Below, one piece after another: positions 29,785 to 40,261 of a stretch of DNA of 64,000 nucleotides. The position numbers were made by a program, and so were the translations under genes. The notes beneath the pieces were generated by a model, which did no database searches, had not been told where the DNA came from, and saw only the letters and a list, made by a program, of their open reading frames with translations. This stretch comes from Promethearchaeati archaeon (GTDB lineage Archaea; Asgardarchaeota; Heimdallarchaeia; Heimdallarchaeales; Heimdallarchaeaceae), in the NCBI GenBank assembly GCA_013166775.1, contig JABLTJ010000002.1, forward strand, positions 153,891 to 217,890. The letters run 5' to 3'. The number at the start of each line of letters is the position of its first letter. The stretch's first letter is position 1.

Positions 29785-31572
29785 CTAAAAATCTAATTCT
29801 TTTTCTATGCTTTCAATTTCAATTTCTTCAACTTTTTTTGGTTCAGGTTTTGGTTCTGGTTCAGGTTCTGATTCAACCTGCGGTAATTCAACCTCAACTA
29901 ATTTTTCAAATTTCATTGATTTGAAATAATTATGATGAATACTTTCCTCATTATAAAGCTCTATTGCTTTCTTACGAATTCTCTCGTAGTTTTGTTCGTC
30001 TCCTATCTTGTTATAGCAATCGAGGGTAGATTTTATGTAACCTCTTATCGCATACTCACTTTTCGCTAATGGGAGAGATAAAGATAATTTTTCAAACTGA
30101 TCTGCAGCTCTTGTATACGATCTTTTTGCCTTTAATTCTTGATCTACAGCGTCATAATATTGAGCTGATTTCACATATAATTTTGCTGCAAAGTAATAAT
30201 TTTTCTCTTCAAATTCTCTTGCCATGTTTTCACAAAAGCCACCTGCTTGTTCTAATTCTTTTATTAATTCAAATTGCTGCACATTTATCAATGAAAAGTC
30301 ATATGCTCTTTGATACATCTTTTTCTTTATGCATATATTTGCTATTTTCTTCACTTTGGATGTTAATGCAAAATCAGCTAAAGGATCTCTAATTTTAGCA
30401 GATAGTTGATTGATTATCTCAATGGTTCCAGTAGATGGGGCAATATCTTTGTCAAGATCATCCAAAATGCCATCCAATTTAACCATCAGAGTTGTTAATG
30501 GTCCGAACAATCTTATTCTAAACTTCATTGTTGTTAGAAGTGATTCTTGCAATAATCTAGCATACGTTTCACCTAACCAAAGCATACCTTTTTCTTCAAG
30601 TTTCTTCAATGTTGGAGTTGAAATATAAGCTGATAATTGTTCAATAGGAAACAAATTCTCATTGTAAGAAGCCATTTCTAACAAAGCAGTTTCTTCTTCT
30701 TCATTTAATTCAAACAAATCTTTTAAATTGCGTTCTACAAAATTTTCAAGCCCCAAATCTGAAGAGATAAAAGCAATCCCTAAATTTAAATCAAAAATTG
30801 ATCTCTTACTTGTTGTTATTAAATCCAAAACCCCTTTGTTTATCAATTGTGGAGCTTTCCTTCGCAAGTAAATTTCAGTTTCTGAAATAGACAATGCTTC
30901 TACCTTAAGAATATTTGAATTGTCAGTAAGATATTTTTCGTAATCAAAATCATACAGAAACCTTTCATCAAATGTGCTTGTAACTATTATGTTATACTGT
31001 CGTTCCTTTAGTTCTTTAATTATAGAAGCAAAAATTGGATAGAATTCATATAAATCCAGTAATTTAAAAAGATGCAAATTATCAACGAAGAAATAAAGAA
31101 AAGTACTAGTTTCTATTAATTTTTGGTTTATCTTATCCAAATTTTCGAAGAATAAATTTACATAGAATTCTGTAAAAGAGATACTCGCTGGTTTCTTAAC
31201 CTCTTCATCTAGTCCAGGTAGATCATCTCCTAATCTCTTTTTACCCACTTTTTCAAGTAAGGAGCGCCATTCAGGGGCTAATTCATCTATTTTGTTTTTC
31301 CATTCCTTAAAGAAATCCAGAAGTCCTCTTTCTTTTGGTACAAGTTCAAAACGATGTGCAATGTCTTTTCTTCCAGTAGCAGTGGTTTCAAGTTTCTGCA
31401 AAAGTGAACTTTTCCCAGTTCCTTCAGCTCCAACTATTAAGAACGATAATACTTCAGATTCTCCTCTTTTTTTCTTATTTACAAGTTCAACAAAATTATT
31501 TATTGTCTCTCTCAGACCATAAAAGTCATGTGGCTGGCATGGTTGGAAAAGACTAATATTCTCTATAGTCAT
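29785..31572 (-). CDS. STAND/AAA_16-like P-loop ATPase with C-terminal TPR/alpha-SNAP-like helical repeats
   Basis: FYG start motif, Walker A GAEGTGKS, Walker B FFVDN. C-terminal LEQAGGFCENMAREF, YYFAAKLYVKSAQYY, AKRSYTRAADQF; EP-rich acidic tail. Confidence 0.75.
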   Translation of the reverse strand: MTIENISLFQPCQPHDFYGLRETINNFVELVNKKKRGESEVLSFLIVGAEGTGKSSLLQKLETTATGRKDIAHRFELVPKERGLLDFFKEWKNKIDELAPEWRSLLEKVGKKRLGDDLPGLDEEVKKPASISFTEFYVNLFFENLDKINQKLIETSTFLYFFVDNLHLFKLLDLYEFYPIFASIIKELKERQYNIIVTSTFDERFLYDFDYEKYLTDNSNILKVEALSISETEIYLRRKAPQLINKGVLDLITTSKRSIFDLNLGIAFISSDLGLENFVERNLKDLFELNEEEETALLEMASYNENLFPIEQLSAYISTPTLKKLEEKGMLWLGETYARLLQESLLTTMKFRIRLFGPLTTLMVKLDGILDDLDKDIAPSTGTIEIINQLSAKIRDPLADFALTSKVKKIANICIKKKMYQRAYDFSLINVQQFELIKELEQAGGFCENMAREFEEKNYYFAAKLYVKSAQYYDAVDQELKAKRSYTRAADQFEKLSLSLPLAKSEYAIRGYIKSTLDCYNKIGDEQNYERIRKKAIELYNEESIHHNYFKSMKFEKLVEVELPQVESEPEPEPKPEPKKVEEIEIESIEKELDF

Positions 31573-31772
31573 TTGAATCCTCGCGCAATTCTTAATTTGA
31601 TAATATACATTTTCTACTTATAAAATCTGTGAATGATTAACATTATGAAAAGATTTGCTTTGTTGTAAATGTTGCTTATTTTTTCTATGGCTATATATTC
31701 CAATTAGAAAGAGATAAAAATGTATTTGCCAGATTGTTCATAATAACCGCAGAGGTGAAATGATGACGATAG

Positions 31773-32198
31773 GTGAACGTTTTGTTGGCTCCAGCAATAA
31801 TTCAAGTAGAAGAGCTGGAAAGAATCGAAGAATCAAAAGAAGGGATCATCTTTGCGCGAAAGAGGATAAAGGAGCTTGAGAATAGCCTTATTTTTCTAAA
31901 TGAATTGTACAATCAGAGTTTGATCATTTTACTTGATCAACTAAAAGATAAGCAAAAACAGATATTCTTTGCAGCATCGAAGATTTTAACTAAAAAGAAT
32001 ATATCTCTGAATAGACTATCAAACATGCTTTCAGAAAGATTTGATTTATCATTCTCCACTATCAAATGGAATCTAACGAAGCTAAGAGATATTGGCTTGT
32101 TTGAAACCTTTGGTGAAAGAGGAAATACTAAGACTATTCTAATGCTGACACATCTTGGTCTCTCTCTTTACTCGAATTTTGCGCAAACTGGAAAATAA
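31773..32198 (+). CDS. Winged-helix DNA-binding protein, divergent from the ATPase/coiled-coil operon
   Basis: SLNRLS..LSERFDLSFSTIKWNLTKLRDIGLFET...LTHLG is a wHTH signature. Confidence 0.7.
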   Translation: MNVLLAPAIIQVEELERIEESKEGIIFARKRIKELENSLIFLNELYNQSLIILLDQLKDKQKQIFFAASKILTKKNISLNRLSNMLSERFDLSFSTIKWNLTKLRDIGLFETFGERGNTKTILMLTHLGLSLYSNFAQTGK

Positions 32199-32255
32199 AA
32201 TTGTAGAAACACAAAATAATAAATGGTATATGCATAAAAGTAAAATGGTCGAGAA

Positions 32256-33176
32256 ATGAAATCCGATTTTAAGAAATACAAAAAATCAGGATCAATCTTA
32301 GCGGACGCTTTAAAATACGCTAAAGAGATTACAAAACCTGGAATAAAACTCATTGATATTGCTGAAAAAATGGAAAATTTCATTCGAAATCAATCTGCTC
32401 AGCCAGCTTTCCCAGTAAACATCTCAATTAATGAGATTGCAGCTCATTATTCTCCAGTAGTAAACGATGATAGTACAATACCGGAAGGATCAATTGTTAA
32501 GATTGATGCAGGAGTTTCTGTAGATGGATTCCTTACAGATGCAGCTCGAACCTTTATTTTTGATGAAAAATGGACTAAAATGAAACTTCTGGCTGAAAAT
32601 GCTCTAGAAAATGCACTAAAGGAAATTAGACCAAATGGCAGTGTTTTCAAGGTTGGAGAAATAATTGAGAAGACAATTAAGAAGGAAGGATATAAACCAA
32701 TAGTGAATCTTAGTGGTCATCTAATGACCCAGTATTCCTTACATGGAGGAGTCTCAATACCAAACTACAAGATTTCAAGAGAAGCAAGAGACGATTCACA
32801 TAGATTTATTCCTGGAAATGCTTATGCAATAGAACCTTTTGTAACAACAGGATCTGGAAAAGTATTTGATGATAAAAATACGACAATTTACAGACATTAT
32901 CGAGATTTCAAGAAAAATGAAATTCCAGAAGATATTGAGGAAATCTATCTATATATCAAACAAAATTTCTTTAATTTACCTTTTAGCTGGAGATGGTTAT
33001 TTAACTCAGGTTTCAGCGTAAAACAAATTGATAAAGCAAAAGAAATTTTGCTAAGTAAGCATATTGTACATGGTTATCCTGTTTTGATAGAATCAAAATT
33101 CGCTCCTGTGACACAGGCGGAAGAAACTATTTATGTTAATAAGGATGAAATCATAATTCTAACAAACACAAAATAG
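32256..33176 (+). CDS. map: Methionine aminopeptidase type II
   Basis: AFPVNISINEIAAHYSP, KIDAGV.VDG..TD.A.T, NLSGH, AIEPF and the helical type II insert; final motif QAEET. Confidence 0.93.
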   Translation: MKSDFKKYKKSGSILADALKYAKEITKPGIKLIDIAEKMENFIRNQSAQPAFPVNISINEIAAHYSPVVNDDSTIPEGSIVKIDAGVSVDGFLTDAARTFIFDEKWTKMKLLAENALENALKEIRPNGSVFKVGEIIEKTIKKEGYKPIVNLSGHLMTQYSLHGGVSIPNYKISREARDDSHRFIPGNAYAIEPFVTTGSGKVFDDKNTTIYRHYRDFKKNEIPEDIEEIYLYIKQNFFNLPFSWRWLFNSGFSVKQIDKAKEILLSKHIVHGYPVLIESKFAPVTQAEETIYVNKDEIIILTNTK

Positions 33177-33198
33177 TTTTGATAAAAGAAAAAAGAGA

Positions 33199-34383
33199 TT
33201 AGATGATTAAATCCTCAAGTTCTCTTGGATAGGGAGTAATGTGCTCTGATCCATCTTCTGTGATGATAACAGTTTCTGAATGTCTGAATCCTCCGAATTT
33301 ATATTCGTAGATTCCAGGCTCGCATGTTAATACCATACCAGGTTTCATGATTTCATCTACACCTATATCTAGAAATGGTGCTTCATGACCTTCTAAACCT
33401 ATAGCATGACCGGTGTGGTGTTGTGTTAGATTATTCAAACCTTCTTCTTTGAAAACAGCAATTGCAGCTTTGTCAACTGCACTACATGGAACACCAGGTT
33501 TGAACGCTTCCAACGCAGTATCTTGTGCTTTTTTCATTACGTTGAAATATCGTTTTTGTTTTTCATTGGGTTTTCCAATGAACATCGTTCTCTCTAGCTC
33601 TGATAAATATCCTGATACATTTGCAGATGCACCTGTTACAAGAACATCACCCTTCTTGAAGGCAGTTTTTTGCAGTACGGAATGAGGGATAGCTGACCAT
33701 TCACCTATTTGTCCCCTGTAACCTGCACCAGCTGGTAAAAAGTTTCTAGGGATAAAACCTTCTAAATCATTTAACATTTTCTTTGAAGCTTCCATACTTG
33801 CATGCAAAGAAACATCTACTTCATTCTTACCTTCTGCAGTATACTCTTGAAGTAATCGATGTGCTAAATCACCATACTTAGCAGAGATTCTAATCAAATT
33901 CAATTCTTCTTCATCTTTGATTTTACGAATTTGTGGAATTAAAGCAGAATGAATTTCTGTTTTAGTTTTGTTTCCAATGAGATCAGTTAGTTTTGGTCCT
34001 TCATAACCCCAATAATTTGAAAATGAAGGAGCTTCCAATCCGATTTTTAAACTAGTAATCTTATTTTCAACAAGGTTATCAACGAATATTTTTGCAGGAT
34101 GCTTTTCATCAGGATATTCAAAGTATAATTCCCTATGAATCCAGGGTAACTTTTCCATTAAGTGTTCTTTTTCCAATCTAGGAACAAAAAACCACGGATC
34201 ATCTAGTGCTGGAAGTACAAAAGCAATTGGTCTTTCAGTTGGAATAAAATGATATCCGGTTAGATAGTAAATAGAAAGAGGATTGAAAAAAATCATTGAT
34301 CCTAGTTCTTTATCCTTACAAAAATGTTGTATTTTTGCTCTTCTTTTTTTGTGATTTTCTTTTGAAATTGCATATTTGTTCAT
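33199..34383 (-). CDS. M24 family Xaa-Pro/creatinase-like peptidase
   Basis: YLTG, RKIKDEEE, HHTGHAIGLEGHEAP, EPGIY, GFRHSET. The first metal ligands look atypical (TGAS..V.GYLSELERT). Confidence 0.85.
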   Translation of the reverse strand: MNKYAISKENHKKRRAKIQHFCKDKELGSMIFFNPLSIYYLTGYHFIPTERPIAFVLPALDDPWFFVPRLEKEHLMEKLPWIHRELYFEYPDEKHPAKIFVDNLVENKITSLKIGLEAPSFSNYWGYEGPKLTDLIGNKTKTEIHSALIPQIRKIKDEEELNLIRISAKYGDLAHRLLQEYTAEGKNEVDVSLHASMEASKKMLNDLEGFIPRNFLPAGAGYRGQIGEWSAIPHSVLQKTAFKKGDVLVTGASANVSGYLSELERTMFIGKPNEKQKRYFNVMKKAQDTALEAFKPGVPCSAVDKAAIAVFKEEGLNNLTQHHTGHAIGLEGHEAPFLDIGVDEIMKPGMVLTCEPGIYEYKFGGFRHSETVIITEDGSEHITPYPRELEDLII

Positions 34384-34402
34384 TTGAAGTCACTCCGATT
34401 TT

Positions 34403-34849
34403 TTATGCGAATCCTATGACCGTACTTGTTGGAAGTACTTTACGGAGTTCTATTAAATCCGGTTTGTATAGGTATACTAAGCTTGGAGAATGATCCTCAT
34501 TATTGAAGTTTTCCCACGATTCTTTGTATTTATTGATCGCTTTACTAACAAGGAATTGTTCTATTAACTCTCCAGATATAATATAAGTTCCTCTCCCTAA
34601 ATCTCTTCTTCTGATGATTAGAATTGGTAGATATACATCCTTGTGTTTTTCTTTTGGGCATAACTCTAGAAGGATTTGTATTTCTTTTTTATTGATATAT
34701 AGTTGAGCATCTTCTCTATTAACATAATAGAGATTCCCTTGTTCTGCCATCAGAAGAGTTATTCGTTTCTTAGGTAGATGGTTATTCACTGAATCTATTT
34801 CATATTTAAGGTATTTACTCAGTTTATCATCAAAACTCAATAATTCCAC
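34403..34849 (-). CDS. DUF61 (UPF0216) family archaeal protein
   Basis: E...VNNHLPKKRITL, LPILI, YKP.L..LRK.LPTST.I.F. Confidence 0.75.
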   Translation of the reverse strand: MELLSFDDKLSKYLKYEIDSVNNHLPKKRITLLMAEQGNLYYVNREDAQLYINKKEIQILLELCPKEKHKDVYLPILIIRRRDLGRGTYIISGELIEQFLVSKAINKYKESWENFNNEDHSPSLVYLYKPDLIELRKVLPTSTVIGFA

Positions 34850-34854
34850 CTGTA

Positions 34855-35664
34855 CTAATCAGAATATTTCCGTGGAAAGAATATTCTATCTACTTTATTA
34901 TATATTAAATAAGAACCTGTCAATATTGGTATAAATAGTGAGATTAAACTCACAAAAGCAAATATTATTACAGATCCTGATAAATAGCTTAGAAGTATAT
35001 CTTTGTTCTCGAAGGCTTGTGTTGCAAATATTAGGATTACCGCTATAGCACAGTTGACAATTACATCTATGAATATTGCATAAATAATCCAATTTCTGAT
35101 TCCAGATTTGTTAGCTGAGTAAGTTCTTGCAACCTTACCAACAAAAAAACCAACGAAGATAGCAAAAGGTATACCCAAAATTATAGATAGCGAGTTAATA
35201 TTCAACACGGTTGTTATATCACTCGGAAATGTTGGATAAAGATCAAAATCTGCATCTACGAAATTTATTGATAAGAATGAAACTAGAAGATTTAATCCAT
35301 AATGTAACGTAGAGATTATTAAAGTAAAGAGAGTTACAAATAAGAATTTTCTTCCCATAGAAAATTGAGTTCGTTTTGTTTTAAGGATATCGACAACTTC
35401 ATCAAGTTTTACTTTTTTCTTTGGAACTTCTGGGATTTCAGGGAGTGCAACTTTCTTAGATTCTACGTCTGGAGCTTCTGGAGTTTCAGAAACTTCAAGA
35501 GTGCCAGGAATACCAGGAACACTTGGTAAATCCTTTGCATCAGGTATTTTTTCTTCCTTCTCTGTTTCTGCTGGAGCAATTTCATAATCGCAGAAAACAC
35601 ACTTTTTAGTGCCTTTTATATTTAGATTTCCACAATTGGAGCATCGATCAAATTCTTCACTCAT
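34855..35664 (-). CDS. Zinc-ribbon plus 4-TM membrane protein
   Basis: N-terminal CSNC-x10-CVFC, a Pro/Glu-rich linker and four hydrophobic helices. Confidence 0.7.
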   Translation of the reverse strand: MSEEFDRCSNCGNLNIKGTKKCVFCDYEIAPAETEKEEKIPDAKDLPSVPGIPGTLEVSETPEAPDVESKKVALPEIPEVPKKKVKLDEVVDILKTKRTQFSMGRKFLFVTLFTLIISTLHYGLNLLVSFLSINFVDADFDLYPTFPSDITTVLNINSLSIILGIPFAIFVGFFVGKVARTYSANKSGIRNWIIYAIFIDVIVNCAIAVILIFATQAFENKDILLSYLSGSVIIFAFVSLISLFIPILTGSYLIYNKVDRIFFPRKYSD

Positions 35665-35718
35665 TAATAAATAATATTGAGATTGAAATTAAAAAAGTAT
35701 CTGAAAAAACTTGATTTT

Positions 35719-36891
35719 TCAATAATCAACTTCATATTGTTTAGAATCTTCAATTAATTTCTTGAATAGATTCTCTTGTTTTACAGAAAAAGGCATTACA
35801 TCTTTTAATTTTTCAAGCAATTCTTTTTCTTCTTCAGACATCCTTTCTGGGATTTCATAATGGATGACTGCAAGGAAATCCCCATAGTTCATACCGTAAG
35901 AAGTTTTACGTTTGATACCTTTTCTTTGTAATCTTAGAATGCTTCCTTCTTTGGTCTTTTTTGGTATTTTGATTTTCTCTGGACCATATGGAGTGGGTAT
36001 AGTAAAATTTCCACCAAGAATTGCGAGGGGGAAAGGAATTAAGATTTCTACAATAATATTATCACCTTGTCTTTTATAGAAAGGGTGGGACTCAACAATT
36101 AATCGAACATAAAGATCTCCTCTTCCTCCTCCTAATCGACCCTCTTCACCTTTACTTTTAATCCTGAGTCGAAAACCAGAATCAACACCTGGAGGAATAT
36201 CTAGTTTGATTTTTTCGTTTTCCTTTGAACGTCCAGATCCCTTGCATCCCTTACATGGTTTATCTACTATTTCTCCCTTTCCTCTACATGTACTGCAGAC
36301 TTGTTGTGAAATATACCTAGTGAAACCCATTTGACGTTCAATAGTCTCCATTCCAGATCCTTGACAGTTTTTACATGTTTCTGGGGAGGTTCCCTTTTGT
36401 GCTCCAGAACCATTGCATTCCGTACATTCTTTCTTTATTGGTACATCTACAACTTTCTTAGTTCCATAAACAGCATCTTCAAAAGTAATTTCGTAGTTCA
36501 TTAGTAAATCGGATCCTGATTGAGGACCTGTAGGACGACGACGTTGTCTTCCACCAAAAAACATACTGAAAAGATCATCTCCCATAAAGTCATCTCTGAA
36601 AAGTGAGGAGAATAGATCGGATATTGTAGAAAAATCTCTTGCGTTTACTCTAGAAAAATCAGATTGAACCCCAGCGAATCCAAAACGATCATATGAAGAT
36701 CTTTTTTGTGGATCGGATAAAATCTCGTAAGCTTCACTAGCTTCCTTGAACTTCTCTGCTGCTTTTGGGTCATCAGGATTTCTATCAGGATGATTTTCCA
36801 TAGCTTTCTTCCGAAAAGCTTTCTTTAGCTCGTCTTCAGTAGCATCTTTGGACACCCCTAATACTTCGTAGTAATCTCGTTTTTCAGACAT
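35719..36891 (-). CDS. dnaJ: Chaperone DnaJ
   Basis: J domain with HPD, G/F region and four CxxCxGxG repeats. Confidence 0.97.
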   Translation of the reverse strand: MSEKRDYYEVLGVSKDATEDELKKAFRKKAMENHPDRNPDDPKAAEKFKEASEAYEILSDPQKRSSYDRFGFAGVQSDFSRVNARDFSTISDLFSSLFRDDFMGDDLFSMFFGGRQRRRPTGPQSGSDLLMNYEITFEDAVYGTKKVVDVPIKKECTECNGSGAQKGTSPETCKNCQGSGMETIERQMGFTRYISQQVCSTCRGKGEIVDKPCKGCKGSGRSKENEKIKLDIPPGVDSGFRLRIKSKGEEGRLGGGRGDLYVRLIVESHPFYKRQGDNIIVEILIPFPLAILGGNFTIPTPYGPEKIKIPKKTKEGSILRLQRKGIKRKTSYGMNYGDFLAVIHYEIPERMSEEEKELLEKLKDVMPFSVKQENLFKKLIEDSKQYEVDY

Positions 36892-36978
36892 GAATTATCA
36901 CTATCATAACTTGAGAGTAAACAATGTAAAAAAATAGAGATAAAAATATTATCGGTTTTTGAGAGTTTACCGATAATC

Positions 36979-38868
36979 TTATTCTTCATCTTCAACAGGT
37001 TCATAGTCTACATCAATGATTTGTTCTTCATCAATATCTGCTTGTGGTGCTGCACCTGGTTCACCAGGAGCTCCAGGTCCATAAGGCATATCTCCTGGTT
37101 GAGGACCTCCGGGAGCTTGACCAGTTTCAGCGTAAATTCTTTGTGAAATCTGCATTATCTCTTGTATGAGCTCTTCAGTTTTAGCTTTGATTTCTTCAGT
37201 ATTATCATTTTCTGCAGTTTTTTTCAATGTCTCAGCTTTTTCTTCGAGTGTAGATTTTTCAGTATCAGAGATTTTATCTCCCAAATCTTTTATTGTCTTT
37301 TCAGAAGTATAAAGTGCCTGTTCTGCAGTGTTTTTAGCTTCGATAAGTTCTCTACGTACTTGGTCTTCTTCTTTGTATTTTTCAGAATCTCCCTTCATTT
37401 TTTCGATGTCCTCATCAGATAGATGAGATGATTGAATAACAATACTTTGTTCTTTTCCTGTCCCAAGATCTTTAGCAGATACTTGAAGGATACCATTTGC
37501 ATCCATATCAAAGGAAACCTCAACCTGAGGTATGCCTCTTGGAGCTGGCGGGATTCCAACAAGCTGAAACTGACCTAAAGTTATATTATCAGCTGCCATA
37601 GTTCTTTCTCCTTGAAGAACATGAATTTCTACAGATGTTTGCATATCTGCAGCAGTTGTGAATACATTTTTCTTTGTTACAGGAATAGTTGTATTTCGTT
37701 CAATAAGAGGAGTCATAACTCCACCTAGTGTTTCCACACCTAGGGTTAATGGAGTTACATCCAATAGAAGAATATCTTTTACTTCACCTGCTAGAACAGC
37801 AGCTTGGACTGCTGCACCAAGAGCAACAACTTCTTCAGGTGCTACACCTTTGTGAGGTTCTAAACCGAATAATTCCTTTGCCATATCTCTAATCATTGGC
37901 ATTCTTGTAGCACCACCTACTAGAATTACTTTATCTAAATCTCCAAGTTTGATTTTAGCATCTTGCATAGCTTGTTTAGAAGGTCCTATACATTTTTCCA
38001 CTAAATCCTTGCTCAAATCCTCGAATTTGGCTCTTGATAATTCTAAATCAAGGTGTTTTGGACCTGATGCATCTGCTGTAATATATGGAAGACTAATTTT
38101 TGTTTTCACTTTTGAAGTTAATTCAATTTTAGCTTCTTCAGCTGCATCCTTTAGTCGTTGTATCACTTTAGAATCTTTAGAAAGATCTATTCCTTCTTGC
38201 TCTAAGAACTCTTGTACAATCCAATCAATAATATGCTGATCCCAATCATCTCCACCCAAGAGGTTATTACCACTTGTTGCTATTACCTTAAACAGTCCAT
38301 CATCTAGTTCAAGAATGGAAACATCGAATGTTCCACCACCAAGATCAAAAACTAGTATTCTTTCAGCTTCTGCTTTGTCTAAACCATAAGCTAAAGCACT
38401 TGCTGTAGGTTCATTAACAATTCTAAGAACTTCCAAACCTGCTATTTCACCGGCATCTTTAGTTGCTTGTCTTTGAGAATCACTGAAATAAGCAGGAACC
38501 GTTACTACTGCTTTTTTAATTTTTTGTCCTAGATAGGATTCAGCATCTTCCTTCATTTTGGTTAGAATCATAGCTGAGATTTCTTCAGGTCTATATTCTT
38601 TATCATCTACCTTGAATCTAAATTCAGTTCCCATCTTTCTCTTAATACTTCTAATAGTTCTATCAGGTAGAGCTATTGCTTGTCTTTTAGCTTGTATCCC
38701 GACTGTACGAGTACCGTCTTCATTGAATGTCACAACACTAGGCGTAATTCTCCCACCTTCAAGATTAGGAATAATCTCAGGCTTTCCAGCTACCATATAA
38801 GCGATACCTGAATTAGTTGTTCCTAAATCAATACCAACTACAAGCTCTTTCTTTGTTTCTTTACTCAA
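36979..38868 (-). CDS. dnaK: Chaperone DnaK (Hsp70)
   Basis: [46 protein letters not shown] precedes TTG 38868 (ORF track 38889). Confidence 0.98.
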   Translation of the reverse strand: MSKETKKELVVGIDLGTTNSGIAYMVAGKPEIIPNLEGGRITPSVVTFNEDGTRTVGIQAKRQAIALPDRTIRSIKRKMGTEFRFKVDDKEYRPEEISAMILTKMKEDAESYLGQKIKKAVVTVPAYFSDSQRQATKDAGEIAGLEVLRIVNEPTASALAYGLDKAEAERILVFDLGGGTFDVSILELDDGLFKVIATSGNNLLGGDDWDQHIIDWIVQEFLEQEGIDLSKDSKVIQRLKDAAEEAKIELTSKVKTKISLPYITADASGPKHLDLELSRAKFEDLSKDLVEKCIGPSKQAMQDAKIKLGDLDKVILVGGATRMPMIRDMAKELFGLEPHKGVAPEEVVALGAAVQAAVLAGEVKDILLLDVTPLTLGVETLGGVMTPLIERNTTIPVTKKNVFTTAADMQTSVEIHVLQGERTMAADNITLGQFQLVGIPPAPRGIPQVEVSFDMDANGILQVSAKDLGTGKEQSIVIQSSHLSDEDIEKMKGDSEKYKEEDQVRRELIEAKNTAEQALYTSEKTIKDLGDKISDTEKSTLEEKAETLKKTAENDNTEEIKAKTEELIQEIMQISQRIYAETGQAPGGPQPGDMPYGPGAPGEPGAAPQADIDEEQIIDVDYEPVEDEE

Positions 38869-38993
38869 ATTTTTCACCTTAAAGTACAAGTGTTTTTTTT
38901 TAAACTAACGTTTTAATTGGCTTTTTACTGATATATATATCTTGCCATCTTGAAAAAAATAAGAACGAAAAAAAATTAGAAAAATAGAGAGGA

Positions 38994-40022
38994 TTATGAT
39001 CTGCTTTTAGTTGGTTTATCTTCAAGTCTATATCTATTTCTACGTTTCTTTTCTTTTTTATAATAAGGAGATTTTCCTATCAGAATTGAACGAGCAAGAG
39101 GACGAAATATCTGAATGATAAAACGACGAAATCCTATTTGTTTTCTATAAACTTTGATAAAATCATCAAAAGTATGTTCCTGGAACTTCAATAACTCTTG
39201 AGCTTCTTTAGTATCCATCCAATCGCAATGATAATAATCATCCATAGTTCTTACTGGTTTGAAAACTTCTTCAGGCAACATACCAATACCGAATGCGTCA
39301 AGCATCTTTGAAACAAATTCTCCTTGAAGTAATTTATTTCCTTTCCCACCACCAATGAAAAGAGTTTTACCTAAAACTTTTGCATCCATTGCATTCACAC
39401 AAGCCAAGGCAACATCTCTAGTATCAACAGTCTCAATTCGTTGATCAAGAGGTATATCAAACATGATATCAGGAATCTTCCAAGACATTTCAAAAGGAGT
39501 TACAGCAGCAAATCTTAGAATTACCCACTGAACTGCACTCTTTTTCAATCGTCCCTCCATTTCCACTTTATGTTGGGCATAATTATCATATTCTAAAGGA
39601 TCAATTGGATCATCAATCCTAGTTGGGGGTTGGAATTTCATTCTATTACCATGAACTGCAATTGATGATGCATAAACAAATTTTGGTGGAACAACCATGC
39701 TTTCAGCTGCTTGAAGTAAATAAGTAGAACCCTTTACATTTACATCATAAGCTAGCTCTAGACGTTCATAAGCTAATGGTGGTATTATTGCAGCAAGATG
39801 AATTATCCAATCAATTCCATAAACAATTTTTTTCACTGTTTTTTCATCCCGAATATCACCCCAAATAGTTTCAAAATCCCCATTTTGTTTCAATCGTGAC
39901 TCAATAGCAACATTTCTAGGATTTTTTACATCAAAGCAGCGAACTGTGTGACCTCTTTCCAAAAGAAGTGTCAAAGTCCGCTGTCCAACGTTGCCAAAAG
40001 CGCCTGTTAGTAAGACCTTCAT
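38994..40022 (-). CDS. Extended SDR / NAD-dependent epimerase-dehydratase
   Basis: TGAFGNVG, HLAA, ASS, YAQHK (YxxxK). Confidence 0.88.
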   Translation of the reverse strand: MKVLLTGAFGNVGQRTLTLLLERGHTVRCFDVKNPRNVAIESRLKQNGDFETIWGDIRDEKTVKKIVYGIDWIIHLAAIIPPLAYERLELAYDVNVKGSTYLLQAAESMVVPPKFVYASSIAVHGNRMKFQPPTRIDDPIDPLEYDNYAQHKVEMEGRLKKSAVQWVILRFAAVTPFEMSWKIPDIMFDIPLDQRIETVDTRDVALACVNAMDAKVLGKTLFIGGGKGNKLLQGEFVSKMLDAFGIGMLPEEVFKPVRTMDDYYHCDWMDTKEAQELLKFQEHTFDDFIKVYRKQIGFRRFIIQIFRPLARSILIGKSPYYKKEKKRRNRYRLEDKPTKSRS

Positions 40023-40261
40023 ATGTTAGTTTACACACCGAAAGTTATAGACAGTTCAGTGAAACGATAAAACAGAGTAATTCCAAAAATACGAGTAGTA
40101 ATTCCAGAAAGAACAAAATTCAGTTTTTCTTGTTTATGGGAGCAGATACCAAGTTTTAAAATATATATTTGATTAAATATTATTTCGTTGTATTAAATGT
40201 GATTTTGAATAGTTCTAATGTTGTTTCACACTACTATTTAAAAAGCAATTTTTTTGCGGAG

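Noticed and set aside
24764-31522. Many short plus-strand ORFs rich in Ser/Phe/Leu/Ile (and similar ones inside other long genes)
   Set aside because: Antisense shadows of Glu/Lys-rich coding sequence, with no independent motifs.
40076-40106. AGTAATTCCA direct repeat (21-bp spacing) upstream of the SDR gene
   Set aside because: Only two 10-bp copies in AT-rich DNA. It could be an operator but cannot be supported.
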